Shown: positions 1 to 13,046 of the stretch, in pieces
Numbering within the stretch: position 1 is the stretch's first letter
How the letters are laid out: each line of letters opens with the position of its first letter
Assembly: GCF_001194135.2 (NCBI RefSeq)
Contig: NC_068987.1
Coordinates: forward strand, 81,271,612-81,335,611
DNA from: Octopus bimaculoides
Taxonomy: Eukaryota
Direction of reading: 5' to 3'
DNA: 64,000 bases
Notes under the pieces: model-generated
Databases searched by the model: none
Told to the model about the DNA's origin: nothing
What the model saw: the letters and a program-made list of their open reading frames with translations, nothing else
Position numbers and translations under genes: made by a program

Positions 1-212
1 AAGTGAACCAAAAAACGTATGACAACCAACAAATAAGGGCAAGCCACCTGTGCACTACAGGGTAATTTGAATATAAATTTATAAAATATCCAAATGGATA
101 AAAAGTTTCTGGAATTTAGGTAATTTGAAGGACGGATCCTTGAGATTCGGTTATCATTTTCACTTTAATCATCCAGTATTTAGCATCGTGCATATATATA
201 TATATATATATA

Positions 213-299
213 NNNNNNNNNNNNNNNNNNNNNNNNNNNNNNNNNNNNNNNNNNNNNNNNNNNNNNNNNNNNNNNNNNNNNNNNNNNNNNNNNNNNNNN
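213..299. other. Assembly gap (N run) starting in an (AT)n tract
   Basis: 87 N preceded by (AT)n at ~192-212. Confidence 0.99.
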
Positions 300-1432
300 G
301 AGCCTCAACTTTCTCCTCACTTATTTTTGCTACCTTACTCTTCAGATAACTAATGTCAAAGATCAGGTTAGCTCAGCAAATGAAAAGGTAGGCTATAATT
401 GTTACTAAAAATGCAGCAGAGTGAATGATAAAGAGATGACTCATTGTCAAATTCAATAGGTCATAATACCATCAGAACACATAACTTTGTATAAAAAGTC
501 CAAGAAATAATTGACAAGAACCCCAGAAAATCAATCAGAGCCATTACAAAGTACCTCAAGGTTTCAGAATGAACCATCAGAAGAGTTGTGCAAGACAATG
601 TCCGATACAAGTTATATATGATGTGGAGGGGTCAGATTATGTTAGATGTGTCGAGTAAGACACGTTTGATTCACACAAAACACTTGCTAAACAAGTTAAA
701 ACACCAAGAAGCTGGAATGCTTTGGTTTTCCTAAGATGAGAAAAAATTTGTTCGGGACCTAAAGGTAAACCAAATGAATGCCTGATGGATATACAGAGAC
801 CATAATAGAATTGCAGCAGTCATGCATATTAAGTTGCCAGCAATGGTTTTGGGAGTTGTCAGCAGTGAGGGAGATGTCATACCTCCTCACTTTTTTCACA
901 AGGCTTAAGAATCAATACCTCTTTCTCCACAGAGGTGTTGGAGAAAGTTGTGAGGCTCTGGGTAGACATAGTATGCAACAGAAGACTGTATATCTTCCAA
1001 AAGATTCTGCACCATCTCATAAGGCAAGGACAATTCTAGAATAGATGCACACCTATTACTATGACCATGTTCTCCCAGACACATGGCCTCCTAGCTCACC
1101 ATATCTCAATCTATTCTGGACTGTTACATACAGGGCATAATCAAGAGAGAGGTCAACACCTCCATTACACCATACAATATCTAAAGTCTGACATAACCAA
1201 CACTATGTCCAAAATTGGTAAGGATCATCTGATTCAAGCATGTCAATGCTTCTGAACATGTATTGATGCAACCATGGATGCTAATGGATGGATTCCCTGA
1301 ATAAGTGTAATAAAAAGATTCTCAAGATATTTACACCAATTTGTTTTCAAATAAAGCTTTTCTTTGATGATCTGTGTCTTTTCCTAAATTCATATACATG
1401 ACCTTAAAAACTAAAAAATTTGATATACTCTG
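300..1432 (+). mobile_element. Decayed Tc1/mariner transposon, maT/DD37D-like
   Basis: Hand translation with stops/frameshifts: WFS*DEKKF, MVLGVVSSEGDVIPPHFF, KDSAPSHKA, WPPSSPYLN. Right end ...TTTGATATACTCTG followed by TA. Left end is lost in the gap. Confidence 0.85.
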
Positions 1433-1448
1433 TATATATATATATATA

Positions 1449-1890
1449 TAGCAGAGATACCCTGCATTGCCTGTGTCATATGGAATTGAAGAATTATACT
1501 TTTCTTTTATATTTTCTCTAATGAACTGGAATATCTATGATTCGAATTTCATCAAAATTGGAGATTAAGAATTTTAATGGGGGTTCTTTCCCTCTTTTCA
1601 CACCCTAATAAAAATTCTAATCATGACATATTTATCTCATACTGCTTATTTTTATGCCTAGATTCCAAAATCCAAATCTTATGAAACCCATTCAAAGAAT
1701 TTTTGTTCCTGAGAAATGGAGCACATGAAGTTCTGAAAAGGATGGGGGAGGGGGTTAAGGCCCCCTATTAGGAGTGTCTTAAAGTCAACCAGAGAAGTTG
1801 AATTGTTGGGTATCTTTTTTAACTTGTGTCTTGTATCTATTGTTCAAATTTCTTTGAAATCAGAAATATATGAATGTTCACTGGGTTTGT
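1449..1890 (+). mobile_element. Possible Helitron/Helentron-type non-autonomous repeat
   Basis: Starts TAGCAGAGATACCCTGCATTGCC and contains AATTTCATCAAAATTGG, resembling HINE-like elements from memory. No coding support. Confidence 0.35.
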
Positions 1891-1929
1891 AAAAGAGAGC
1901 AAGGCTAGTGGAAACCAAAAGACAAATGA

Positions 1930-2024
1930 GACTCTTTCAGTTTTGGTTGGTCTAGGGCCCAAAGTGCTGCACAGTGGGAACCCAAAACTACATTTTTGGG
2001 AATCAAGCTTCTTAACTACACAGT
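1930..2024 (-). mobile_element. Degenerate tRNA-derived SINE head
   Basis: Similar to the SINE head at 32960-33037 (CCCAAAGTGCTGCACAGTGGGA...AAGCTTCTTAACTACACAG). Confidence 0.6.
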
Positions 2025-2048
2025 GATATCTTTACCACAGTCACACTG

Positions 2049-2079
<31 letters not shown>

Positions 2080-4399
2080 TCTCAGTGAAACTTGAAATAA
2101 ATTACATAAAGGTGAAAGGATATTTTTTTTATTAAAGGTAACTTACTATTAAAAACGTACTTATGCATCTAAATATGTAAAATTTACTTCTTTGATTTGA
2201 AATGGATTTGTTGCACTTTGTTGTAAGCAATGTTTTTGATCTTGTGTAAAAAACAAAGTAGTCCATGATTTTCTGCAGTGACTATTTTGTGTGTGTATAT
2301 GTGTTTTGATGTATGTGCACATGTTAAGTGATTATGTGTAGTTACTTTTGTATGTGTTTTAGTGTACTTGTGTATTTGTGTAGATTGTGTTTAGCAATGA
2401 AGAGCAGCCTGCAAATACATTGTGAAATCAAGAAACACTTAATCTAAACAAAGTTTTCTCTCCTACGTTAAAAACCTATTCCATGATTTCTACTTATTGC
2501 TTTTATATAATTGCTTTTATGTATGTGTATGCATATGTATCTGTATATGTTAAGTCCATTTTTATGTGTATTTGTATTTGTGTGGGTTTCACTGTATTTG
2601 TTGTGTATAGGTATTGACTATTCCGAAGAGAGTATATGAAGACAATGAACAGTCAAGCACTGCACATGTACATCCATACAGAATATTTTTATTATAAGAA
2701 GGATAAAGTACATATACAAATTTATTCTGTTTAAACTCGTTTTCTACTTACTGTGTGACGGAAATTTTTTTCCCTTGACTGCAATTTCATTATTTTGGAA
2801 ATGTGTTATCCATAAAATCCTGCAGCACAATGAGATATTACTATTCCAAAAAATGATCCCATTTATATCTAGGCTACTCCTCTTCTAGCACTTTAAAAAA
2901 TATCAAAAATAGCTGAACCAACTTAGATAATATTTGAACCAATGCATTGTAAGAATTAGATTTGTTGCCGGAAGTTATCAATTTTGGAATTCCGCTTTTA
3001 CCAATCTCTGTAGCTTTGAAATGGCATCCTCTCTTAAGTGCATAATAAAAATATCAAAGAGTAATTCTTTGGAGTGTTCTGTGAGATAATGTTCAGTTAT
3101 TCAGATAACCAGTGAACTATTAACCTTCATTTTCGTTGAAAGTACTAAGACCATATATTTTGCTGGTTAGTGTTTTCAATAAAATCATGTTATACTCATA
3201 TAGTGCTCAAACACTAAAAATATTTTTTATGCCTGAAATATTGACATATTGCTTTGCTGTTTGAAAAAGTTGAAAAGAATTAGGTTGCTACTTAATATTA
3301 TTTATCTCACTTTAACATACTAGCTAACTATCAACTAATGCATGTTCAGACCAGGCTGAAAATTTTAGCCAATCTCAAATAATGCAGTGTGATTATTCTT
3401 AAATTTTGATTATTTCTGAAAATGAAACAAAGAATTTATAATATTCAGTGCCAAAATATTTTTTTATATATACTCTTAAATTTGACTTTATCTGAGATAT
3501 ACACCAAAGAAAGCTTTTAAAATTAGAAAAAAAAAATTCCTTGTTATAAGAAGCAAATTGAATATAAAACAGCTAGACTATCACTTTGAATATTTTCATA
3601 ATGTCAGATATATTTTATCAGATCAAATAATCTGTATATAAATGTCTGTTTCTCTTGAAAATAAAATAAAATATGCCTATTATCAATAACTTTTACAGTT
3701 CTTCTGCACTGATTGCTTGAATGCATGTTAGCTATATGTGATAACCATGCATATCATTAATAGTAAATCAGAGATATTATAAAGACGATTGTTAATATAA
3801 ATATGTATAATAACCTTTAGCTTGCTGTGAAAATGATGCTATGCATATAAAGTTTTATCTTCACCCAAGTCAAATGACTACACAGCTCTCTGGCTTCAGC
3901 TGGAGAATAGTTCTATGTATTTTTCAGTATGGTCAGTTCTTCTTGTATTCTTTGGATGATCTTATTTACCAGAAATCTTAGATACCTTTCCTGCAGAGGG
4001 CCATGAGTTGATGTTTTGTAATCAGCTTTGTAAGTTCTTTTCTAGCAATATTTTCATCAGTTTATTTTTAAATGATGTTTATGCTATGCTTGTAAACACA
4101 ACACTTTATATCATTGCTATATGGAGTTTTGGGTCATTGAACTTACAACCACCTTAAATAGTCTTAATCAACATCTAACATACTCACAACAATTCAAAAA
4201 TATTTGTATGACAATGACATCACATCTACCAGAAATATACTGGTTCAATTCTTTTTGGTATTTGAGAACTATTTGTATACTTATCTTTATTAACAGAATC
4301 TATGATTCTGCCTTTTATTTGCTATCAATATTTGAGCTGTTGTATTTTTTCCTTGAGTATATATACCCTATTCACTATTGTATTGTTACCTATTTATAT

Positions 4400-6050
4400 A
4401 AAACTAACTTTTTATGGATCATCATTTCTTCTGTATCCATACCAAATTAGACCATTGTTTCATAAGATATTGTTAATAGTGATTGTATTTGTCTACCCAT
4501 TGGAGCAAATAGACGAACAAGGTTTCCTAACTTTCATGGATTATATGTCTAAAGTATGTGACTTAAATACACATTAATAGAACCATTACTTGGTTAATAT
4601 GCTTTTTAAACTAATTTTATCATTTGTGAGAATTCTTGAGTAATTGCATTTAAATCTTGATTATATGGAGGATAAATTTACATATTTTTGTTAAACCATA
4701 TAGACAAGTCTTTATTGTGAAATTTACAGACATTGTCAGACACTAATATATCAGGAACCCTAATTCTGGAAAAAAACAAAAACCCAATTAATAACTGCTT
4801 AGCCATTTCTGCTGCTTTACTCCTGAATCTCATTACTTCTGTGTAACCAGATTAGGCATAAAAAATATTAAGAATAGTCCTAAATTTTAAAGTCTGTATG
4901 GTCCACATGTATGCATATCTATGCTTTAATTGCTTTAGGCTACATGCACTGTGTGAAATAATTCTAATTTTATTCTAGTACATATTACATTAGAATGTTG
5001 TGTATCTAATACTAGATAAATTATGTATCACTCCATATCTTCAGGGTAACTTGGTTAGCAAGCTTCTTATTTCTCATTAATGTTCACAAAAAGGTTTGTG
5101 GAAGAACTGATTCTTCTTTAGACATGGTACTTTAATTATTCACAATAAGCTTACTTTATTAAAATGACTGTAAATAGTCAAGAATGTAGAATGATATACT
5201 TTACGTAATTACCCAAGAGCCATACAGTCACACAGAAGTTATTTTATTGTGTAGTGCTAAGAATTATTTGAAGAGTTACTGTATCATTTATGCTTGTAAC
5301 CCATAAAATTAACAAAAAGGTAACTACTTTCACTATATTTGTGGTGCAAATTTTCCTAATGAAAGATTTGGAAAATTTTAGCATTTGATACTCTCTATAC
5401 TAACAGCTAGAAACACCTGAATATATGCTCATAAAAGAAGCCTTTAAAAATAGTATTTGATAATTTTTTGAAGTACATATACATGGCTTTTTGGGATGGC
5501 TATACTGTTTGGCTGCATCAATTACTGCTTACTTTGTATTGAAGTTGATATTTTTTGGTCATAAGATTCCAAAGGAACATTGGTAAACTTGTGTCATTGA
5601 TTCATTAATGATTCCTAAATAATTGAAGATAATGAGAATATCAAGTTTTGCAAAAGTTTGATGTCAGGTCAGTCTATAGTTTCAAAATAGTATCAGTATC
5701 TATCATAAGCTCTATAAATAATACTTTAGTGGATCATCTTTAAGTTATTCTGTTGTGTCTGGGGAGAGTCATTTTCTTCTTATTATTTCTTTAAGTTAGA
5801 ATTGATTTAAATTCATATAAATACAATCTTATAATGCTGGTTATCTGTGAGCTTGTAAAATTTAGACCTATTCAACTTGGGTAATGTATGTCAAATATTA
5901 GGTGTAATGGAATAAGAAAATTTTGTACTACTCTGGTTATTAATCTTATAATATTTATGTCTGCAGAGAATAATTTTAATACTATTGGAGTCAGGACTTG
6001 ATGATTGCACTTGGGATTAAACTAAATTATACTTCTAGTTTTATTTTTAT
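4400..6050 (-). mobile_element. Gypsy/Ty3 pol relic, 3' part (integrase clearly seen)
   Basis: Minus-strand translation: FFSRIRVPDILVSDN (4730-4775, integrase core), SGYTEVMRFRSKAAEM, MGRQIQSLL. Many stops; RNase H not confidently readable. Confidence 0.65.
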
Positions 6051-6056
6051 TTCTAA

Positions 6057-6271
6057 GGTACTAAACTGGCAGAATCGATAGTACACTGTGAAAAATGCTT
6101 GGCAGCATTTCTCCTGTCTTTATTTTCTGAGTTCAAATTACACTGAATTTGACTTTTCCTTTCGTCCTTTCAGGGGTTGATAAAATAAGAACCAGTTGAG
6201 CAGTGGGATCGATGTAATTGACTTACCCACTCCCCAAAAACTTGCTGGCCTTGTGCCAAAATTTGAAACCA
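6057..6271 (+). mobile_element. tRNA-derived SINE, near full length
   Basis: A-box-like TGGCAGAATCG, B-box-like GAGTTCAAAT, central CCTTTCGTCCTTTCAGGGGTTGATAAAATAAG; homologous to copies at 50066-50455. Confidence 0.85.
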
Positions 6272-6449
6272 ATATATTTAATTTTATCAGTGAAAATATG
6301 TTTCACACCACCATTATAATATTGAGTGACATCAATGAAAATAGCCTTTATGAAAGAGAGATGGATGCATTCTTAAGCACAACTATCTCAAATATTTTTG
6401 GTTGGTCAAAAAATGTATTAATACTGTGAAGTGACTCATTAATTTAAAC

Positions 6450-7530
6450 TTCTTGAAAAAGTTATGAAGTTCTTTTCACAACCTTTCAATTTTTTATTGT
6501 TAACATTTCTAAGAATTATAGACCATCATTCTTGTTTAGACTTCCAAGAATATAGGGAAACGTAGTGTATTGACAGCTTTGGATATATGATATCACTAAT
6601 CTGCTAAATCTCTTGCTCCCAGACTAACATTAAAACGAACATTAGAAAGTTTTTTCTAGATGCTGTTATTATGATACAGAATCGATTTTCTCTTATGTGA
6701 AATAGTATTAATTTCTGACATAGTATTTGTGAAAAATTCTTAGCAAAATTGATAGCATCCATTAAAAATAGTTTGGTAATTGAGAGATAATAATCACAAA
6801 TGTCAGTCTGTATGAAGCAACAGTTTTCTTTATGAGGTATGGTCTTAAGCAAATTGCTTACAAAATTAGTATTTTTGTAAATGGATAAAGGAATCTTATC
6901 CAAGTTTTGGTGTTATTTTATTTAGAATATATTAGTCGATAAAGGAATATTTGTTTTAGTTGGATTAATGAGTCTAGTTGAAGGGTTGTTTGCTAAATTT
7001 TGATTGAAATCTTTAAATGGTATATACCAGTTTTGTGAAATCAGGGATTTATTGCTATAGGTGACACTGAATTCATTAACAGTTTGTATGTGCTTTTCCA
7101 TTTATATCACAATAATGGTTAAAAAAGTTATCTTTTTAGAATTGTCAGTAATAGAATTAGATAAGAATTTATTGTACTTAAACATATCAATTTCAGAGAG
7201 GTTTTTCTTCTATTCTAGAGCTACAAAAATATTTATACTTTTATAAAATCTTCTCAGTTTACATTTTAAGTCCTTCTGGAATTGGTTGAAATGGTATCTA
7301 TATTTGATTAATTTTACTATCCTAAATAGACCTTTCATGAATGGTTGTAGCCATAAATTCTGAAGAGGAATTTAAAAAAATTTAAACCTGAAATTAGGAT
7401 TACAATTTGTATCAATAGCATCTTTCTCAAAATAATATGATCCACCATCTTGACCTGTTAATAAAATGTTTAGTAGAGGAAATATTTCAATGAGAATTTT
7501 ATGAAAGTTGATGCAAAAATGTTTCATTAT
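6450..7530 (-). mobile_element. Penelope-like element relic (N-terminus and RT)
   Basis: ORF 6604-6903 has CCFIQTDICDYYLSIT (cf. FIQFDIxxFYPSI). Also FINRSRW, LQPFMKGLFRIVKLIKY, NKNDGL (cf. YRDDGL). Confidence 0.75.
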
Positions 7531-7539
7531 CATATTAGG

Positions 7540-9080
7540 GTGAAATTTGGTATTTCAACAGAGTTGCTGAAAATGATGATAATGAAATTAATTGTATGTC
7601 AATCCAAATAAGCAATAATATTTATAAAGTATTCCACACTATAGGTAGAATGAAGTCAAGTTAATAATGACGTCAAACATATTCAGGAATTCTATTTTAC
7701 TAGTCTCATTATCGGAACCATTCTGAAATATAGTGGAATTTTTTTTATAAATTCATATGGAAGATACCATTATTTTAAAAGATCCATTGGGGTAATTATT
7801 ATCATAACTACTTTTGCTTTAACATTTCTATGATGATATTTCACTTTTAAATGCCAAAGGGAAAAATATTGATTCAGTATTTGGAGCTTGGTAAGAATCT
7901 AAACAAATTTTTCCTCTTTCACCTACGTTAGTCTCCACATATATTGAAATATCCATCTACTTTTCACACAACCACTAAGAGAGATTCATTTACTCACTCA
8001 ATGAGGAACTTTTTCTAAAAGACCTTCATTAATTAGTTTTGTCAGCTTTGTTATGTCTAATGGCTTAATCAGTATTGGTAATGGTCTTGCTGCCTCAAAA
8101 TAACATAACATGATATTTCTTTTGAGTGGAATGTTAGTTCTAAAACCTTCCATCTCATGAATTTAAAGTTGAACACACACACCAAACACACTATGACTTG
8201 TTTTACATTTAGCAGCAATAACATTTACAACATCTATTATTTTATCAGTTTCCATTAGTGCATCAAACTTATCCAGACTTTCAATGAGTGATCCATCAAA
8301 TTGTTTCATCTTGAGATCACATTTTCTCAAATTCAGTTTATTCAAATCCATTAAAAAAATTCTAATATATTACTGTTACCTGACCGTTGAGTTTTGCATT
8401 CATCATTGTAGTATTTATTAAACTAATTTCATAAGAACTTGTAACATGTTCATTTTGAATAACTTCAAGCTCTTTAACATTTTTTCTACATTTTCTCACT
8501 GCTGAGAGTGGTTCGTTTTTCCCATTTCCAGTATATGGTTTAGCAGATGCAGGATGTTTTGATGATGCATTCTTATATCCACAAAAGGGACGCTTAGAAT
8601 TAGATTTGTGCTTATTTCTATCAACATATGACACAGAAGCATCATCAAGGTCATTCATATTTTTTCTTTTGTTATCATCATCTGAAATTTAGAAATCATT
8701 TGAAGCTGTTGAAATCTCAATGCTTTTATGCAATGTTTAAATGGTTTCATGACATCTATGTGTTTCATTTCAATAGTAATTTCTTCTGCACTTTGCTCTT
8801 GAGTTTTAATTGTTTCAAACTCATAAAAAAATGAACACATTTAATCTCTGAGAATAACTTTGAATCAGATTTGAATTAATTGAGCTAGATTTTGATATTG
8901 TGATAAGAATCTGACCTTTTCAGCAATTATTATCGTCTTGTAGGGATGAACTGATGGTACTGCAAACTTTATATTTCTAAAATTTCTTTCTTCAGTTGCC
9001 ATTGCAGAAACTTTTTATATGACCATCATGCATGCTTTGATTACAAGTTCATTATTATTGACTTGTGATGCCATTGTCAT
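7540..9080 (-). mobile_element. Gypsy/Ty3 gag-protease-RT relic, 5' part
   Basis: QEQSAEEITIEMKH (gag), decayed zinc knuckle, NGQVTVI and MKQFDGSLIESLDKF (protease region), RPLPILIKPL..KLINEGLLEKVP and ITPMDLLK*WYLPY (RT start). LTRs not recognised. Confidence 0.7.
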
Positions 9081-10429
9081 GTCATATGGGTAATGTTGTA
9101 GTTGAACACAATCCTTTGCATTCAGACACTTTATTTAAATGAATAGCTCAAATTATGATATTGAACTGGTAGCCACCCCATTCTTAAAAATTCTAAATCA
9201 GCAAGTAAAATGCATACAACACAACAATAATACCAGCATGACAATGACATGAAAGTTGCAGAGAGCTAAATACCTTGTTAATTTAGTGGACCTGTATTCA
9301 GGCTGGCAGCAACTTTAGTCATCATAATTTTGTTTCGTGTTTGTGTGTGTATGTGCGTGTTAATTAAAATATATTAATGATAGCAATTTTTATTATAAAT
9401 TAATATCCAGTGGAAACTGAAATCTGAACAAATACATTTTGAAGGAAACATGCAACAAAGAAATGAATCAAACCTCTTCCACTGACAAGAGAGATGACAT
9501 AGCAACATTAAGTATATGTGATGGATTTTTTGATAAAGATATTTTATTTTACTATTTGTTGATTTAAGAACGTTGTTTGAGTATGAAACTCAGATGTTGA
9601 TATATGTTGTCAAGAAGAAGAAAAGGAAACACTTATTTACTTGACTATGATATAATTTGGGGTGTTCAAAAGTATGTAAGCACTATCACTATTACTATAA
9701 ACACCAAATAGATTCATAGTTTAAAATAGCACCAGCTAATGCAAAAGAATGTCTATAAGAATAAATTGGATGTTAAAAACGATGATTATAATGATGATAG
9801 TGCTGTTGGACACAAAATGATGATGTTGTGTGGATTTGATTCTTTTTTTCTCAAGGCAGAAAAATGCACCACTCACATTAGCTTCCAATTCTCTGATTGA
9901 ACAATCAATGTCATTCCAGTCATGACCAACAGGTTTTAGCATATAGTATATCAAAGATTAAATATACTTAATTTTCAAAAAACAATGTGTAATTTAAGGG
10001 AGATCTTGCTTCTATTTTTAGTGGGTCAGGTAACCACATGGAGTCTACTATGTTGTAAAAGATTGAATTACTTAGATCTTAAGTATATTTTAACTCTTCC
10101 TTATTCCTTTTTCCATGCTGAGTATAATGAGTTTTCTAGAATCATCAGGTGTTATGAGGCATTCTATGCTTGTGATTGTTTGCAAATTTTTACTGGTTCT
10201 AATTGGTGTGTTACTATTCATGGAACTTGAGTGATTTGGTTTTATTATATAGCTTATAATGATTGTTATGTGTGTACATATACAGATATTATGTAAAAAG
10301 TTTTGGATGGTTTATAATCTGTTGTAGCTTATAAATGAAATATTTGGAACTCAGGTAGATGTGATATTGTTCATGATGGATGTGTTTTACTCTGCGTAAT
10401 TCTCTCTCCGACTCTTGCTCTCTCTCACT

Positions 10430-10920
10430 CTCTTCTACTCTTAATCACTCTCTCTGTCTCTTGCTCTTTCCCATTGACATAACCATGTATTTTCTCTACA
10501 GCAAGACACCTGTGTGTGTTCCTCTTTCATACTCTAACCTCTCATCACTTGGCACAAAGTCACCTCCTCCAATACCCTCACCCTTCTCAAAAGTTCTTTG
10601 CCTTGTAAGTTATTTGGTGACCTTGCCAGTGCTGGTGCCATGAAAAAGGCATCCAGTCCACACTGTAAACTGGTTGGCACGTGGAAAGACATATAACTGT
10701 AAAAACCAGGCCAAAGCACATCTTCCTGGTGATGGTGCCACGCAAAAAGCACCCAATCCACTCTGTAAAGTGGTTGGCAATTGGAAGTGCTTCCAGCCAT
10801 AAAACCATGTCAAAACAGACAGTGGAGTTTGGTACAGTTCATGTCAAACCATCCACCTTATGCCAGCATGGAAGATGGACGTTAAATGATGATGATGATG
10901 ATGATGATGATGATAATAAT
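10430..10920 (+). mobile_element. Pyrimidine-rich retroelement 3' region ending in the RTE-type tail and (GAT)n
   Basis: TCTACAGCAAGACACCTG motif, a ~95-bp internal tandem duplication (10631-10820), tail GCCAGCATGGAAGATGGACGTTAAA(TGA)n. Confidence 0.75.
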
Positions 10921-10951
10921 GATGTCTGGTTGTGACATTATGTATGATGTA

Positions 10952-11723
10952 CAAGGTGGTATCAAAAAGTTTCTGGACTAGTTCTTTAGCATGCCAACAG
11001 ATGGCAGCACACTGTTGTACACACAGTGAGAGCTAGCAGTGACTTTCATGAGGCATTGTGCCGAGTGACATTGCTATGTTATCACTTTGCAAGTTGTGAA
11101 ATTTGTGTTTTTGTGATCATGTGTATGCTGTAGTCTGTGATTGTGTCTTGGACAGGAAGCTGGAGCAAAGAGCCGATGTGAAATTTTGCGTTAGACTTGA
11201 GAAGTCTGTTACAGAGACATTGAGCATGCTTCAGCAAGCTTACAACAACAAGGCAATGAGTCATATGCAATGTTTCGAGTGGCATGGGTGCTCAAATGTG
11301 GAAGAACATCCCTGGAAGACGATGTGCAATCTGGAGGACCTGCTATGCGTGTCACCCGCCAGAAATGTGGAGAAAATTCATCATTTTGTGCATGAGGATC
11401 GTTGGAAGACAGTCAGCAACATTGCTGATGTTGTTGGTCTGTCATATGGATCACTGCAAGCAATCCTAACATCAGAATTGAACATGCGGCATGTCTCTGC
11501 CAAGTTTGCCCCCCACCTGCTGACCACAGAAAGGACATCACCTCAAAGCTTATCAAAATCTCCGTCAATGTGTCACTGATGACCCATCCTTCATATTGAG
11601 GATCATCACTAGTGATGAGAGCTGGGCCTGTAGCTCTTTCAAAGGAGATGATTTTAAAACTTAATTAAATAAGTTATTTTTTATTAAACATAACTAGTTC
11701 GGGAACTTTTTGGTATCACTTCG
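10952..11723 (+). mobile_element. Internally deleted mariner transposon
   Basis: TIRs CAAGGTGGTATCAAAAAGTTTCTGGACTAGT / CGAAGTGATACCAAAAAGTTCCCGAACTAGT, TA on both sides. HTH N-terminus EQRADVKFCVRLEKSVTETLSMLQQAY. IITSDESW joins directly to C-terminal FKGD, so the catalytic core is deleted. Confidence 0.92.
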
Positions 11724-11779
11724 TATGATATAAGATAGTGTTCGTATTCATAATGGAAAATTTGTTTAGAATGGCAACC

Positions 11780-12650
11780 CCAAAGTTCTTGTATATGTAG
11801 GCATGTCCCTGTGGCACTCAGCAATATCTCATGAAATGTGAGTGAGAATATAATGTGAGGATTAATTAATGCTTTTTTAATCAGGAGGAAAGGACAAGAC
11901 CAATAAGAGGGAGGAAGGTATTCTCAAATGGGAAATGTGGCTGTAATGCATACAACTCAGTGGATTCCACTGAAGGCATCCATCATGCTGAGTGGTGGTT
12001 TGAAATTGGGCCATGAATTACGAATACAATGTCTTGAACATCAAGTTGAGATATAGGGAGATGCTGCTCTGTAAACCATGGATCAAAGAGTTATTATTGT
12101 TTGATAATATACCATCCTGGCATGTCATCAAAAAATAAGCCAATCGTCACTTTTATGTGTCATCTTCTGTATGATTACGTTGTAGGAAATAGAATCAGAA
12201 ATATTTCTAATGTCACTTTGTCATGTTGAAATTATCTGAGATTTATTGACCTAGACTTGGAAGATAAGGTAATGGTTGACTGGAAAATCTTGAAGTCTTG
12301 TGGAAAAAATGTAAACAAGAAGTGTGATGGTTTGATTTGTTAAGAATATGTCGGTCATTTAAGAAAGGCAAAAGTTGAGATTTCATGTATGCCCATAGGG
12401 TAGCTACATCTCTCTTTAATTAGAGCTTTAGTATGGTTGTGATCTTGTTTTACTCCAATAGTTTTGCTTTTGACTATCTTGATTCGAGTGCTTCATTTGT
12501 ACTGCTATTTCTTTTGATGTTAGATGCCTTAGGACCTCTTATAAGCTTTTTGTTCTATTTGGCAGAGATAGGCTTGCAACATTTGATGAGTGATTTGAGA
12601 ATTCTGCATAGGTATAACATGAATAATTGGTTTATTTTTGAAAAAACAAT
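11780..12650 (-). mobile_element. Highly decayed retroelement, possibly Penelope-like
   Basis: Weak motifs QLLPFL, KMTHKSDDWLIF, MVYRAA and GHAYI in the order expected for RT C-terminus then GIY-YIG. Confidence 0.35.
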
Positions 12651-12757
12651 TTAATTATAATGAAGAGTTAAGATTGACCTTTTGGGATAGGTTTCATATA
12701 TATATGAGTGTGTGTGTGTGAGTGTGTGCATGTGTGTATATACTTATCTATCTATCT

Positions 12758-12830
12758 ATCATCATCATCATCACCACAATCAGTTAGCTTCCATGTTCCA
12801 TGCAGGCATGGGTTGGATGGTTTGACAAGA
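12758..12830 (-). mobile_element. RTE-type 3' tail fragment
   Basis: (CAT)n followed by TTCCATGCAGGCATGGGTTGGATGGTTTGAC. Confidence 0.75.
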
Positions 12831-12850
12831 TCTGATGGGTCGGCATGTTA

Positions 12851-13004
12851 AAGGACCCACTACACTCTCGGAGTGGTTGGCATTAGGAAGGGCATCAAGC
12901 TGTAGAAACTCTGCCAGATGAGATTGGAGCCTGGTGCAGCCATCCAGTTCACCAGTCCTCAGTCAAATCGTCCAACCCATTCTAGCATGGAAAGCAGACA
13001 TTAA

Positions 13005-13046
<42 letters not shown>
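12851..13046 (+). mobile_element. RTE 3' UTR/tail with (GAT)n
   Basis: Close match to 28600-28772. Confidence 0.85.

Noticed and set aside
2800-3200. Stretch with a transposase-like feel
   Set aside because: No convincing motif in any frame.
3600-3900. Expected 3' LTR of the Gypsy relic
   Set aside because: No visible match to the region upstream of gag (~9100-9350).
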